A stretch of 64,000 nt of DNA from Pocillopora damicornis. Lineage: Eukaryota. Below the pieces are notes generated by a model. The model searched no databases and was not told the DNA's origin. It saw nothing but the letters and a program-made list of their open reading frames with translations. The DNA is taken from NCBI RefSeq assembly GCF_003704095.1, contig NW_020846737.1, forward strand, positions 310,001 to 374,000, read 5' to 3'. Within the stretch, counting starts at the first letter, position 1, and every line of letters begins with the position of its first letter. The position numbers and the translations under genes were made by a program. Positions 50,461 through 63,659 of this stretch are shown here, in pieces.

Positions 50461-53400
50461 GTGACGACGGTGACGGAGACGTAAAAAAAAAAATTAAAAA
50501 TTGACATTAGATAAGTAAACAAAGCCGCGAGAAAATTAACTGTCGTTTAGTTTGAAAATAACTATTTGAACCGCTTTCAAAGACATACAATTGACATGTA
50601 TACACCCTATGGTGAAAATTTATTATTGAGCTAGAGCTTGGAGTAAGATGTTAGTTTTTCGCTGGCGAAATGCTGTTTTTATTTTGTTTAAAACTGAATT
50701 TTTATCAGACTCGTGGGAATCTCTTGCTACACTTATAATTGCGTTTGGCTGAAGAAAAGGTGTTAGGTCTGAATCTCATATTTATTTCATCATCATTCAT
50801 CTTTTCATTTCTGTGCGCCGGGTGTTAAAATGGTTTTAAATATCTCTTCTTTTCAACGAAGATTTTATCAAGCTCAAGCTTCATCCCGTCTGCCAGCTCA
50901 TTTTGAGCAACGAAAAAAAAGCAAGCGAATAAGCGTAACTGTTAAAACCCAAGGGGCTCTAGTGACAAATAACCAGCTTGGAATGAATTCTGAGACACAA
51001 AAACTGAACAACACTTTATTCGTACTGGGTAGTGACAAATTTAGAACAGCTTTGTTGCATAATATCCGAACTTTTCTTTCGACTCAATTCCTATTAGACT
51101 AAGAATAATTTCGCGTTGCACCTGCAAGCTTGCTAAAAATTATCGTCGCAGGAGACCATTTCGGCTTAGTTCATCACGCAAAAAAGGAATTTTAATGTCT
51201 GAGGAAATTTTCTATGGAAAATGATTCCTTAGTTAGAAGAAGGAAATTCACCATTCGCGCAGAAAATTTATCGAACACAAAGTCAAATACACGAACTCGA
51301 TTCTTATATTTCATTTTTTAGCATCAAGAGCAGCTGAAATACAAAGATGGAATCTTATCTCCATAAAAACAAGGACTAATATTTAGAAACCTAACCTAAA
51401 TAACATCTTTCTTTGTATGCATAAGAATCGAGAGCTAAAGGTCACAGTAATATTACTGAAGAACCATTAGCTAAACTTTGGTCTCCACTTAAAAACTGTG
51501 GTGAAAGAAAAGTATATTTTTGAATAAAAGGTAAGTCTGTCCCGCATAAAGTGTGCTAATTTACCACGGTATATATCCCGATAAGAACCCCGGGGCCAAT
51601 AAAATGCCGTAGGAATTCTCGGCAGTTCTGTCTCTGAGGAGGCGGCTTATACACGGGATTAAATTAAAAAAGACAAGCGTTTCAAAACAAGCCGATAACA
51701 AACCGTTTTTTTTTTGTTTCATCACAATAACTCTACAGTTAGTGTTCGTAAACGGAACCGATAAGAATATAGTGACAGACTTCGATCTTAGTTTTCATGC
51801 AAGCTTCACAAGGCTTCAAAAGACTCCTCATCATAAAGTTTTAAACTATACAGCTCACGGATTAACCTGAACCGGACCAAAAATTATAACAACTAAATTC
51901 ATTTCTTTTTTATCTTTCTTTCAAACAACCTTTTTTTCATTTAATTTCTGGAATAGTCGCAGGAAATTGACGCACTTTTAAAGGAGTACTTCTCTTAATT
52001 TAGAGTCCATAATCAAAAAATCAACGTGAAAACAGACAAACGATATAAGGAAAGCAACGGGAATAAGTTCCTGCAAAAACTGTTGCTTTCCCGGGGTTAA
52101 TCATTCACCAGAATCTCTGGTTTTATGAAAGACAATTTGCCAATGTGCTCGAGTTCTTGAACACTATCCGCAAGAAATTCCCTCATTAAATATTGGCTAC
52201 ACTTCCGACAAATTTCTTACAGTCATTAATTTTCTCTCGACAGTTTGAATCCTCGAGGAAAATTCTATTAATCACCCACAAAATTGAACACAATTTCACC
52301 AAAGAACAGTCATGACGGTTAGATTTATGAGCGCAAAGAACGGCCCGCGGCCATGAGGGTTATAAATTTTGTCTCGATAGACTTAATTGGGGCAGCGAAG
52401 TTGATTACTGTGGATTTCAAAAGTGCCAAACTTGACACAATTCCTGAAAGCATCAGAGGGAAAAACACATCACAAGAGCAAACACTTCAGAAGGGATGGA
52501 AACAATCACGGAAGCCTCGATGAGCTTTCAACCCTAGTCTAAATATAGTTCCTTAGATATTTTTCACTTGACTGTGACGTTGTAGGCAACATTTCCTGTT
52601 TAATCCATCAAACCAATAAGGCCAGGTTTAAAATTTGAACTCTTCATGAGCCGAACCAAATATCTTAAATCATGAGTAAGAAAAGTCTGGCGTCTGACCT
52701 TAATTAGGAACGACTTCAATATTAAGGCGGATTAGGTGTTTTCTCCGCTCGGTTCGAGCGGAAAAAAAAAGCTTGGGAGAGTCTTATTATGTAACTTTTT
52801 TGATTGACAACGGAAACATTGAATGAATGTCATTTAATAATAACAACACATTGAGCTGGCAACTATCAACTCATAGTAACCTATGAAATTCAAGCAGTTT
52901 ATTTTTACTAACAAAAAAAAAACGCAATCAAAACCCACTGTAAAAAACTCAAGTCACATCAACGTGAGTAGAACACGGCAGGGCGGGAAACAGTTCTTCG
53001 AATGAAAAGCGCGAGAAACGCGCGTGCGTTGAGTTGCAGCCTAGCTCGTGATTGGTTGAAGTGACAATGACACCCTTATCAGTTTTTGTAACCCAGTTTC
53101 CTCATTGCATTAAATGACGCAAAATTGATCACCATAATAGTAATACATTTTCTTCAAATTCGCAGGACCTTAATACTATTGAAAGACTAAAGTTCATTTC
53201 ACTACGACTGGGTCAAATATCGTCACTTCTTGTTAAAGAAGTAAGCTTTCTTGTTTTTGACATATAATTTGCGAGGCCGTTCCACTCTAGAAATTATTTT
53301 TACCTTATAAAATATATATTACTCGGCAGAAAGCCTGTATTGAGACGAAGTCTCTCTTTCTTAATATACATTTGCTTTCCTGAAGAGGTCTATTTTCATA

Positions 53401-53773
53401 AATAAAAAAAAACGCTACAATGAGACCAAGAACTGTCCCTCCTTTTCAGAGAGGTCTTATTGCGCGACGGACTTCACAAAAAAGGAGTGGCATCTCATAG
53501 CCTACATCTCCTCTTGTAAGATATGGTAGTGACACAAGTAGGAGAATCCTCATTCTGCCTTTTACATTCATAAGATAACTCGCTTTGTTTCTCATCCCAG
53601 CTAACTTTACAAATTACAAAACCCAAAGACTTGATAGTATCTCCTCAATTGATATTAACTTCACACCGCGATACAAACTTGAACATTCAGCAATTATGCT
53701 AATCTTCTACAACACCAAACACAGTTGTGATGTCAGTAATTCCCCATAAAAGTAGTAATGAACACTCATTCCA

Positions 53774-56700
53774 TTAAACTTCTTGAACGATGGTATCTTG
53801 TGTCAATATCCCGCCTAGTGCCTTCATAACACGATCAGGCATGTGATCGCTCAGCATGCTGGGATGGATGACAAGCTTGACGTAGTTCTCTTTGTCTGCC
53901 CACATGACGTCAAACTGCGGGCTTTCCAACCTTTCAAAAAGAGAACCAGTAAAACGATTAAATTTCCTGATTTATATATAATATTATATAGCTTGTTCAA
54001 GACTCAGTCTAAAGCTCAACTAGGAGCCCTCGTTCGATTCATAAAGTTGGGGCTCAACAAGACGAGATCGACCTATCTGCAAATTTGTTTCCGGAAACTT
54101 AACCAGTAAAACCCTTTCTAAGCGTCTTTTCTCCGATTTCAGTGGATAGGAAAAGATGACGGAAATCAAAATCTCGGGTTACCTGCGGACAAGTCTAAGG
54201 ATATCAATGAGGTTGGGAGGGGAGGTGCACTTTTTAGCTGGGGTTGCAAAACAATAAACAGAAACAACCCGGCCAAATTGGGAAATTGCAATTTTCACCT
54301 GACAGACGGCCTCTCGTCGATCTGTAATATCTTTCCGGCTGGGAATAACTGTTCAGCGGAGACTGGTGTCAAGGATGATGTCGGGGCCGATTCCAGTTCG
54401 CCTTCAGTAAAGTATCCAGTGGACGGCTCTCCGGGGGTCAGAACTAAAGTATCGTCTGGTAAACAAACGAAGAGCAAAGATTTACTGGTTGGATATAAGT
54501 AAGGCTGATAATTGATCAAGAAAAAATTTAAGACCCTTGGTGGTTAAATGGCAATTGAGATGATGGAAAATGGGTGACGAAGTCGTGAAGTTGAATCATT
54601 TTGTTTAAAGACTTTTGACTTATTAGCAGATGCTAGGCAAAGTGCATTAAATAGGTCAAAAATGGTGAAATAGCTTGAGCTGTTATTATACCTTGCAAGC
54701 CTTCTAGAAGAGGTTGGGTCAAGTTAGATTCCCACGAATGATGGTTAGAAGTTGATCTGTACTGGCGAGTGCGAGTAAAAAAATGCCGATCTTCACCTTG
54801 TCCAGCTCTGAGACTGGGACCCAGAAAGAAACACAGCGCCTGCCAACAGCCGTTCATAAGAACACGGTACTGCGAAGAGGTATAAATAAATAAAATGAGA
54901 TGAAAAACGATGTACAAGAAGGATAATCAAAAATGTCTGGGCCCGAACCATGAAAACTGAACCAAAAACATAAATTGGAGGCTTACTGGAAAACTTTCCG
55001 GGAAAAATTAGTAAAAAAAATTAAACCTTAAAGATTTCTATTTTGTTTTATCTTCTTTCGTTTGCCTCTTCCTATCTTTATATAAGTTCCCAATCCTACC
55101 AGACATGTTTTTCAAATGCGATGGAACTTGGAAAAAACAAAAGTCCCGTTTCAAGTAACCAGAAGTAGTAGACGACAACCCGGACATATGATTGGTTCAT
55201 TTGAGTCACGTTAATGGCTGTGTACCATAATGCCCCCGTTTACAACTGCCAGGTTACTCAACTTCATGTACACGACCCATTTTCCTGGCTCGCGTCTACT
55301 GATTATATCGAACGTGCCTTATTCTACCGCATACCTTAGGGAGGGAGCATTTACAAATAACAGCCACTAGATCTTGACGGAGCTCATCCCCGCTTTTAAC
55401 TCCCATTCTACGTGATAAAAGTAGATGAAGGTGAGTATACTAACTTTTCGTCAATTAATATTTTCGCAGCATCAACCAGAAAAAATTTACGTAACCAACA
55501 TAACTTGAGTGAAAATATGCGAACAATGTCAGTATCTGGGCAATTGCGTTCCTACCCCTCCCCTAACCCCAATACTAACAACGATCGAAAATATGTAAGA
55601 AATGTGCAACATAGATCAATAATCTTACCAATGACTGAAATAAGCAGGGAAAAAAATCTAATTACTTGCAAGCGCGGGAAGAGTTTAGCTGATAAATACA
55701 AACTGTAGAGGTACGGAAGCGAGAGAGCGAAGAAATTGTAAAATGGAAAACGCGAGAGTACGTTTATTTTGACGAAAGCAGGGAAAATCTTGCTCAGTTA
55801 CGGCATTGGCACATAAGGTGACGTTATCATGCGAGCAAAAAAGAGCAAATTTTGTAACAAAAACAAGGCAAAAATTCTACCACTGAGCAAAACCACTTTA
55901 CTTCAAGAAAACTTTTGAAAATTTATTTAGCTCTGAAGGAAAACAGGCTCTTACCTAGGAACGACGTCCTTTCCGAGAACAACGGAAATGATAAATTCTT
56001 CACAAAATGGAGTGGCTGGAGCACTATGAACAAAAATTAAATACGGGTGCAATTATCTATGAATAACGCCATTTTAAAAACCAGCTCACATTCACTGCTT
56101 TTAACTCAAATTCAAACGCAAACAAGAATACAAGATGAATTACGTACCTGAGCACGCTGGGATTGGAGTAAGCGAAACAAATCAATTCTGGGTAAGTTGG
56201 TTTGAGAAGAACGGACAACAACGAGGCAGTTCCAGCCCCGAGAGAATGACCAACGATTACGAGACGATAATTCTATGAGAAGAAATTCTATCTTTAGGTG
56301 CATTTCTATCGAGTGTTGTGAAAACCGAAAAAGGTTATCACAACGGCCAATAGAAGCAAAGAAAATTTCTAAAGGAGCCAATGAGAAATCAAAGTCATTA
56401 TAAGCCAACTGCCTGAAGCGCGGGAAAACGCGGGTGACCAAGTCGCGATTGGTGTAAGTTTTGCATCTGATTGGTGAGGGAAGTGACACGAGTTTACTGG
56501 ACCAATCACAGAGCGATGTAGGCAAAACCTGCACAATCCTAATTACTTTCGACACTAGTTTGAATATTACTCAAAATATTGAAATCAATCTGAATGCAAA
56601 CCCTTTAAATTAGCAGCAGCATTCTTGCGGCAAGGTAAAATAAGCTAAATGACACGCGTGCAATTGATAATTACAATCACACACAGAGCTTTTCGCGAGC

Positions 56701-59700
56701 ATTTCAAGACTTCTAAATCCTACGCTAAAAACGGTGATGGCGTTTGATAAGTCAGCTAGAGCAGTTTAAAATTCTGAAATTATAGAATACTAAATCTCAC
56801 AGAACAGCTACATTGCGCAGAATCGTTTCATTTTAACAAGAGTTCACTCCTACTTTATGTACACTACCTGGCCAGCTCTCGAGAAAGCACGCTCAAGTAG
56901 TTCCTCCTTTTCTAGCTTTGACTTGACATAGCGTGCACAAAGCAAAATACCCTGAGAAGTAAAATGAAGAGTGTGTCAAAACAAACCAAGAAAACTTAAG
57001 GGGCAAATAACACCACGAAGAGAAAGATTCATGCTATGAAAAAGTAAATAAAGCAAATCAGCATTAGTTAACTTTCTTTGACCATTCTATAAAATAAAAA
57101 TTTCATGCTTTTGAAGCCGGCGACACACCTTGCGAATTTATGTGCGGATAGCGGCGATCGGCGAGGTGTGCCCATTGCGGCGATTGCGATTTTCGCTGAT
57201 CCCCGCGACATGCCAGATATCGAAGATTTTTATAGGTCGATCAAGGTCGCCGCAATCGGCGAATAAACTCGCCAGGTGTGTCACCGGCTTAACGAGCCTC
57301 TGGAGTATTATTGGTTAGAATGCGCTATGGTCTAAAACTGCGCAATTTTCCGAACGCCCGAATAGCTTTTCGCCCCCTTTCTGAACATTTGAAGAAAAAT
57401 AAATGGTGTTAAACCTCGCCGTTTTCTTATTCTCTAATATCCATTCCCCTTAACCCTTAAACGCTCAAAAGTGATTAACATGTAACTTCTCCCTATAGCA
57501 TCCATACGTCATCCAGCAAAAAAGTAATAAGAATACTCAAACTTATCATGTATCAGTTGTTATCTAGATCTAATGCCAAATTCTCTTAACTAATTTACCA
57601 GGAAACGAGTAACAGCTAGAGGGGAGAAAAAAAAGTCAGATCTTGGGAGTTAAAGAGCTAATAAACTTATTTTGGCAAAAAATGCATGCGCTGGCTGTCG
57701 AATTAATTACAAATTATTTTACTCTATCAGCTACAGCTCACAATAACACGACTGAATCTCGATTTCCCCTCCTTGACTCCCCTTCTTTTTTTTTGTAATA
57801 CGTAAGTCACAAGAGCTACGCGTTCAGAGACTTCCCAAAGCAAAATCTTGCATGAACATTCGAAAAGAGTGCGATTGTATACCTTATGCGCATAACAAGT
57901 AATTTCAGTTCCTTCAATGCTAAGTTCTTCTTGCTGCCCAGTCAGGTCAGTCAAAGCATCCTGATGAGAAACAACAAGTGTTACATATAATAAGTAGCTA
58001 TGAGGTTAAGATTATAATCACCTCCAACGACCATAAAAAATGGCACAGCCTGACCTAAAAAGCTGCCTAGTGTTGCCCACGTAGGGACGGAAGATAACCT
58101 CTTGAATGAAGTCAGGATGGAGGAGGAGGCAGACCATTTGGTTGTTTATGAAAGGCAGATTCAGAGTTGAACACAATACAAAGGGCTTGTTCATGAACGC
58201 AGCCAGCGTCCACAGTACTTCGCCATATTGCCTCCCACTGCATTTAAAGAGTTAGCGAGGAAAGGAACCTTGATCCCGTTTCTCGAAAGTCCCAATAACT
58301 TAACCGGCCCGAAGAAATGATTTAAAATCAAAATTTTAAGAGATGCGGGTTCCGACACTTTAAAGAATCTATTTTGTTTCTTCAACTGATAGTTTTATTA
58401 CAGAAGTTTTAAAAACTTTTGAAACTCCCACCTTGAAGAAAAACAAAACAGCTTTACGAGCCTGTTAAGTTATCGAAACTTTCGAGAAACGACCCCTTGA
58501 GCCGTTCCCAGTCGTAGTCATTACGCTGTTAGCCAACGCAAGTTGCTCAGGAGTAAAATACGTATAAACATATTTACACAACATCACACCCCCGTGCACT
58601 GCACGTTTTGTACAGGGGCGATTTTAACCCCTTTAACCCCCAAGAGTGATTGGTTACTATTTTCCCCTATCATTATCCCCCCTAAAACAAACATTGAGGT
58701 CACGAGAATAAAAGAAATGATCGCCAACTAAAGAAACTCTTGATTTTATACAAATTCTCCTTATCAGTACTATAGGGAATGCATAGAGAACAGTACGGAG
58801 AATATGGATACTGATGTTAGGGGGNNNNNNNNNNNNNNNNNNNNNNNNNNNNNNNNNNNNNNNNNNNNNNNNNNNNNNNNNNNNNNNNNNNNNNNNNNNN
58901 NNNNNNNNNNNNNNNNNNNNNNNNCAAGGATAAGCACGAACATAATACTACTTAAATTAACTTTCAGAAAGTTTTTTTTCCTAGTTCTAAGACCTTAATG
59001 TAGTTGCTGTTGTTTTTATTTTGTTCCACTCGCATAAGCGGCTGCTTTTCACTTCTCCCTCACAGTCAGTATTGATATCCTTTCTTCTCCCAACGACGTC
59101 AATTAGATCAATATACCGACTGAAATGACTATTTCTATTTATTTTTGCTAATGCCTTTCTAACTTGTTGATAAGACGGAAACACTGGAAATTTGCATAGT
59201 GTGTTCTGAAACAAAAGCAAAGTAATATCATCGATTGCGCTCACTCAACTGCTAATCAACTCTCTCGTTGGCTCAAAAATCGCTTATTAACGAGTCTTTT
59301 GAAAAGCTTTTTGGCCCACTGTCAAGTTAATTACCACCGTACTTAATAAGTGCATGAATTTTTGGCACACAATTACCAGCAATTGTCAAACGCTACAAAA
59401 AGAGACAAAAAGTACAACTGAAAGACAATACTTTGACATACAAGGATAAATCTTGGTGGGAATGTTGACAACGTTGATTGGAAAGGGGTTGAAGCATTTA
59501 AGTCAAGAGGCAAAAGCAAGAATCGGATCTTAAAACTAATTTTCATAAAGATTTCCGTAGAATCTATCGGATCACAAGAATAGAAGGGACAGTGATGAGT
59601 CAGAACAAAAATATCTGCGAACACATAAAGTTAACCAAGAGAACATGGAATGATGAGCGCGAGAAACGCCGAGAGGGCAAGCTTCGTCGCGGAAGACCGC

Positions 59701-62700
59701 AGAAATTAAACACTGAACAAGCAAAAAATCATGGAGAAACTTTAGAACTGCAGGGAAATCGGTATTATGACGCTACAACGATAGTGCAAAGTTTGGACAT
59801 TTCAATGGCGAGACAAGCGAAGCAAGGAGATCATAGTCACAAACAAAGTACAGTTTTCAAATCGGCAAATAACCGAACTAATAACTACATCGTCCCAAAG
59901 GCAGACGAGATTCTCGTCGATTTACACAAGATATTGGTTTTTCGCGACAGAGATCCCTTCATAAATGCCGTGTGCACCAAAAGGCGTTCAAAACCAAAAG
60001 GAAACGAGAAGAAATTCTCCAGGGAACAGCGTCGTGTACTTGTAAAAAATGCTTATTTTAGGAAAACTTCTATGACGGTCGGAGAGCTAGCGCTTGACAA
60101 AGGGAAAGCTGCTAATTCCAGCAAACAAGGACGTGTCCGATATAACTTGAAGAACTCTGAAGGCAACAACAAAAGTTGTAATGACTCCGAGCGACCAGAA
60201 ACAAACAACGTCGGCATAGTCGACAAGGAATCGCAAGAACCTCAAAGAGAGCCAAAGTAACAGCACGTTTGTGCATGTATGCATTTGAAGGAAAAGAAAC
60301 TGTTCAAACAAAAACAGGCTAAAACACTAAAACTGGACGCAATCCCGTGAAGAGTGGACTTATTCTAAAACTATTTCCACTAAACCTAACAGCGGAGTCA
60401 CCTCAAATATAATAGCATACGGCATGAGTTTGATGTATTACTATTGGAAAAGAACTCGGCATCGCCATAGTTTCAATTTGCACACCAGAGTCAAACAAAC
60501 AACAAAAACTAGAGGCAGGAAACGTAAAAGGACTCAGTAAACACTAAACACTTTCAAGAAAAAATTAAAAAGGATTTTTCTCTCTCCCCTTGTCTTGTTT
60601 GTTTGTTTGTTTAAACCTTTACAAACAAATAGGTAACAAAAAAATAGTAGTCTTCATGTTTCTTTTACAGTCAACTTGTGAAAAATTGTACAGAAACGCC
60701 GGTGTTTTCAAGGTGAATGCGAAGGAATACCAAAGGAGTATTGTGATCACCTTGCGTTACTCGTTTAAAACAAAATTGAAGCTAATCTTTACAGGCCTAA
60801 TAACACTAAGGTCACGTTACTTCGGCAAAATGATATTATTATTCGCCTTGTTGGCATGCTCACAGAATCCCACAAGCAAGCATGTGACCTAAAACATCTC
60901 TTTACAAGTTTCTCAACCCGTCCACGATAACGGGTTAATTTTTGATTCCCTATTGCCTCGTCTTTAATATAAATTGTACGTGGTGTTCAGTCACCAAAAG
61001 GAGAAAACTCCCACTTTCTTAATCAATCAGACTCAAAACTAAACCTTGGTCACTCGCGTTTTCCCGCGCCTTAGTCACCCGCGTTTCCCGCGCCTTAGTC
61101 ACCAGCGTTTTCCCGCGCCCTGAGCACTGTGAGTTCTCATGGCTCCGTGTAATATTTACCCTTCCTCTGATTGGGTGCTGTCATTTTATAATCACTTTGG
61201 TTTGGGTTTTGTTTTAACGACATTCAGTCGAAGGACATAAACGGGTAAGAAATACGGTAAACTGAATGAAAACCAAAACAACGGCTTTATCCGTCAAGGT
61301 AACACCAATATTTCACCTTGTTGTGGTAAGAACAATATACCAAATCGACATCCTCTAAATGAGCTTGAAGTTTTAGCCCAGCAGAGTTACAATAACAGCA
61401 GTTGTCTTCAAAAATGTGCTCTCCCACTGGACGGCAACCCCCAAAACACCTGTGCAATAAAACAGATGAAGACATTTTTGGAAATATTTCTCGTTCAGAG
61501 CTATTCTTTTTTGAAGAGTGCAATTTTCGCTGGCATCTGTCAACCCAGACTACGCGCATTCCCCCCTTTCCGTTAACGTACGTCGTATAAGTCAAAATTG
61601 CGCTTCGTGGAACACTCAGAGTGAATTAGGCCTCACTCACAGAGTTCCGCATGGGGCGCTACAATCAATGTTTTTTTTTCACAAAAATGTTTTTATTTTC
61701 ACTCGCGCGAAGCACTTCGCCGGAAAGAAAGGACTTCTCGTAGTCTACAATCACACTTCATCAATGCATCAATATTCGGTACTGCTAACACTACAAGCTC
61801 GTGCACTGGGGTTAGGGAAGGAAGACTGCGCTACCTCTAACGAAGACTGGATAGACGCCAATACTGTAAGGAGAAATTAGATGCTAGTCACTCTTAGGGG
61901 ATAAAGGCTTAAGGACAAGAGAGTTTCCAGGGGAGTTGAGACGGGCCGTTTTTAAAGGGGTGGCTGTTAATAGGTATCGTCTCCTAATGGCCACAGCTGT
62001 AGTTTACTTCAAATACCTTATTCCACTACAAAGGTTACCAGGCCCAACACAGGGATTCATAAACACGTACAGAGGCCAACCATAGGAACCAAGGGCAAAC
62101 TGCATGAAATGAGTGGCATCCTGTACCAGGGATTTCTCTTTCTAAAAGAAAATGTGATGGAAATATCCAACCTTCAACGTTTTCACACTTATGATGGTTG
62201 TACAAAATTACGTAGGCATTTTTAGATAATGTAGTGACAGAGATGGAAAGCTAAGGCTTAGGTTGGTATTGTTTTTATCCTCATTCATAGATGGAGGTCA
62301 GGGGCATAACCAGCCTCATGTCTTGTTGTAGGCCTGTACTCTTAGAAAGTTCCACTATTTTTTTTTGTAAATTTTGCAACAATTATTTTATAAAAGTCAA
62401 GTGACGGAAAAGATTGTATGCCCAGGGTCTACAGGACGATAAGCTGGCTATGCCCCTTGAGGTGAAAATCTGTTTCCCCAGCTATTCACATGGTGAATTT
62501 TTGTTAAAGGAATACCCTTTTCCTTCTTTCTCAAATTATTTTCAACTACAATAAAAAAAGTCATGACTTATTTTCAGGCTGCCTGCCTTTACATCTTAGG
62601 TAAGACATCAGATGGAAAGAAGCCTTCATGTGGCATCATTACAGACCTATCTGTCACCACATTTTCTTTAAAATCATTTAAACATACAACACATTACAAA

Positions 62701-63579
62701 ATAACATAAAAAACCTTTCAAAATGATTTCAGTACAGTACTGGTATCTGTCCAAAAAAATTACCCCAAATTGATCCTATTTGTTTGAATTCAAGATCTCT
62801 AGATCTTTAGCCAAATTGTATCACATTGTGGCCCATGTCAATTACAGTATTTCTGCATTATGCTCTAATGTAGTCTTTATAATTATTACTCACAGGATCA
62901 CTAAGATTTACAGGAGTCCCTTTCTGAAGATTCTGAAAATGATGAAATACAAGTGCAATTAGAAACAGGTTATCAGTTTACACTTTTTTTTCGACATTTA
63001 CATTATAAAGGTCAGTGTATTACAAAATTTTGCAAAAACTAATGCTATCTCAAAGTTTCCTACTTAAAACTGATGAAACAACACTGTTTGGAAGTAACCA
63101 ATCAAATTACAAACACTGTGCTTTGATTAGATGCATTTTCAGATGTGGGACGGTGATGGGCTCATTGTACATCAAGTCAGGTATACAAAAATCCCAAATG
63201 TTTCCAAACGGCTTCTAATTATGTCACTGAAACAAACAAACATCTGCAATTTCAACAGTAACGGTTCAGTATGTCCACAATGAATTCTTTACAATGTATC
63301 CTGTATGTAAGCAGTTGTTTGTAAAAGGCCTAGTTGCAGCTACAAAAGCTAGAATTTATTCTATAGATCTCTTACTTCTCCCTTCATCTTTCTTTCCATC
63401 TGCTCATGATCTTGTTCTTCTTGAAGAAGAATGAGCCCAACAGCAACATCAGAAGCAACAATGTCCACCCCATGCAATCCGGAGGCTAAAATATCTGCAA
63501 TGTCTGACACTGCACTGAGGTACTGATCATCTCTGCCAGTAAAGAAGCAACACAACCAACGACATCTCTTCTCCCAAAG
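53774..63579 (-). CDS. DAGLB: sn1-specific diacylglycerol lipase, beta-like (short C-tail); 5' end outside window
   Basis: Exons 63376-63579, 62894-62932, 62017-62141, 61317-61449, [one expected exon not seen], 57883-57960, 56868-56951, 56148-56272, 55955-56023, 55335-55407, 54692-54869, 54299-54455, 53774-53930. Motifs LWEKRC, DIVASDVAVGLILL, FALGSYGWPLY, EDNCCYCN, DALTDL, AHKGI, GHSLGAG (Ser), GKDVVPR (Asp), MLSDHMPD (His). The protein ends soon after the His, unlike long-tailed DAGLA. Confidence 0.88.
56294..56566. repeat. Interspersed repeat rich in CCAATCA and CGCGGGAAAACGCG motifs
   Basis: Relatives at ~8335-8500, ~28570-28680, ~45000-45150 and ~60990-61230. The last has a local 24-bp tandem, GCGTTTCCCGCGCCTTAGTCACC. 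Confidence 0.6.
57114..57291. mobile_element. Palindromic MITE (Harbinger-like)
   Basis: AAGCCGGCGACACACCTTGCGAATTTA ... TAAACTCGCCAGGTGTGTCACCGGCTT; CpG-rich interior. Confidence 0.75.
57450..57661. mobile_element. piggyBac-type MITE
   Basis: TTAA|CCCTTAAACGCTCAAAAGTGATT...AGATCTTGGGAGTTAAAGAG. Confidence 0.7.
58272..58497. mobile_element. TIR-bounded MITE
   Basis: CCCGTTTCTCGAAAGT ... ACTTTCGAGAAACGACCCC terminal inverted repeats. Confidence 0.65.
58624..58824. mobile_element. piggyBac-type MITE truncated at gap
   Basis: TTAA|CCCCTTTAACCCCCAAGAGTGATT...ACTGATGTTAGGGGG, then N. Confidence 0.7.
59502..60260 (+). other. ~253-codon stop-free frame (222 aa from 59592) antisense within a DAGL intron; Lys/Arg-rich with AT-hook-like RRGRPQK
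   Basis: Frame is open from after TAA at 59499-59501 to TAA at 60258-60260; purine-rich and coding-like. No family recognised; may be a pseudogene. Confidence 0.35.
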
Positions 63580-63659
63580 CTGATATTGGGGATTTGAAAA
63601 TCAAAAAATTAGAGAGAAAAGTGTTGTCTAAAGATAAATGTATCACCTTTTTTTTCAGC

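Noticed and set aside
60669-60765. Inverted copy of the missing DAGL exon (ETPVF / RSIVITLRYS on +)
   Set aside because: Wrong strand, split over two frames, and no RGT motif; likely coincidence.
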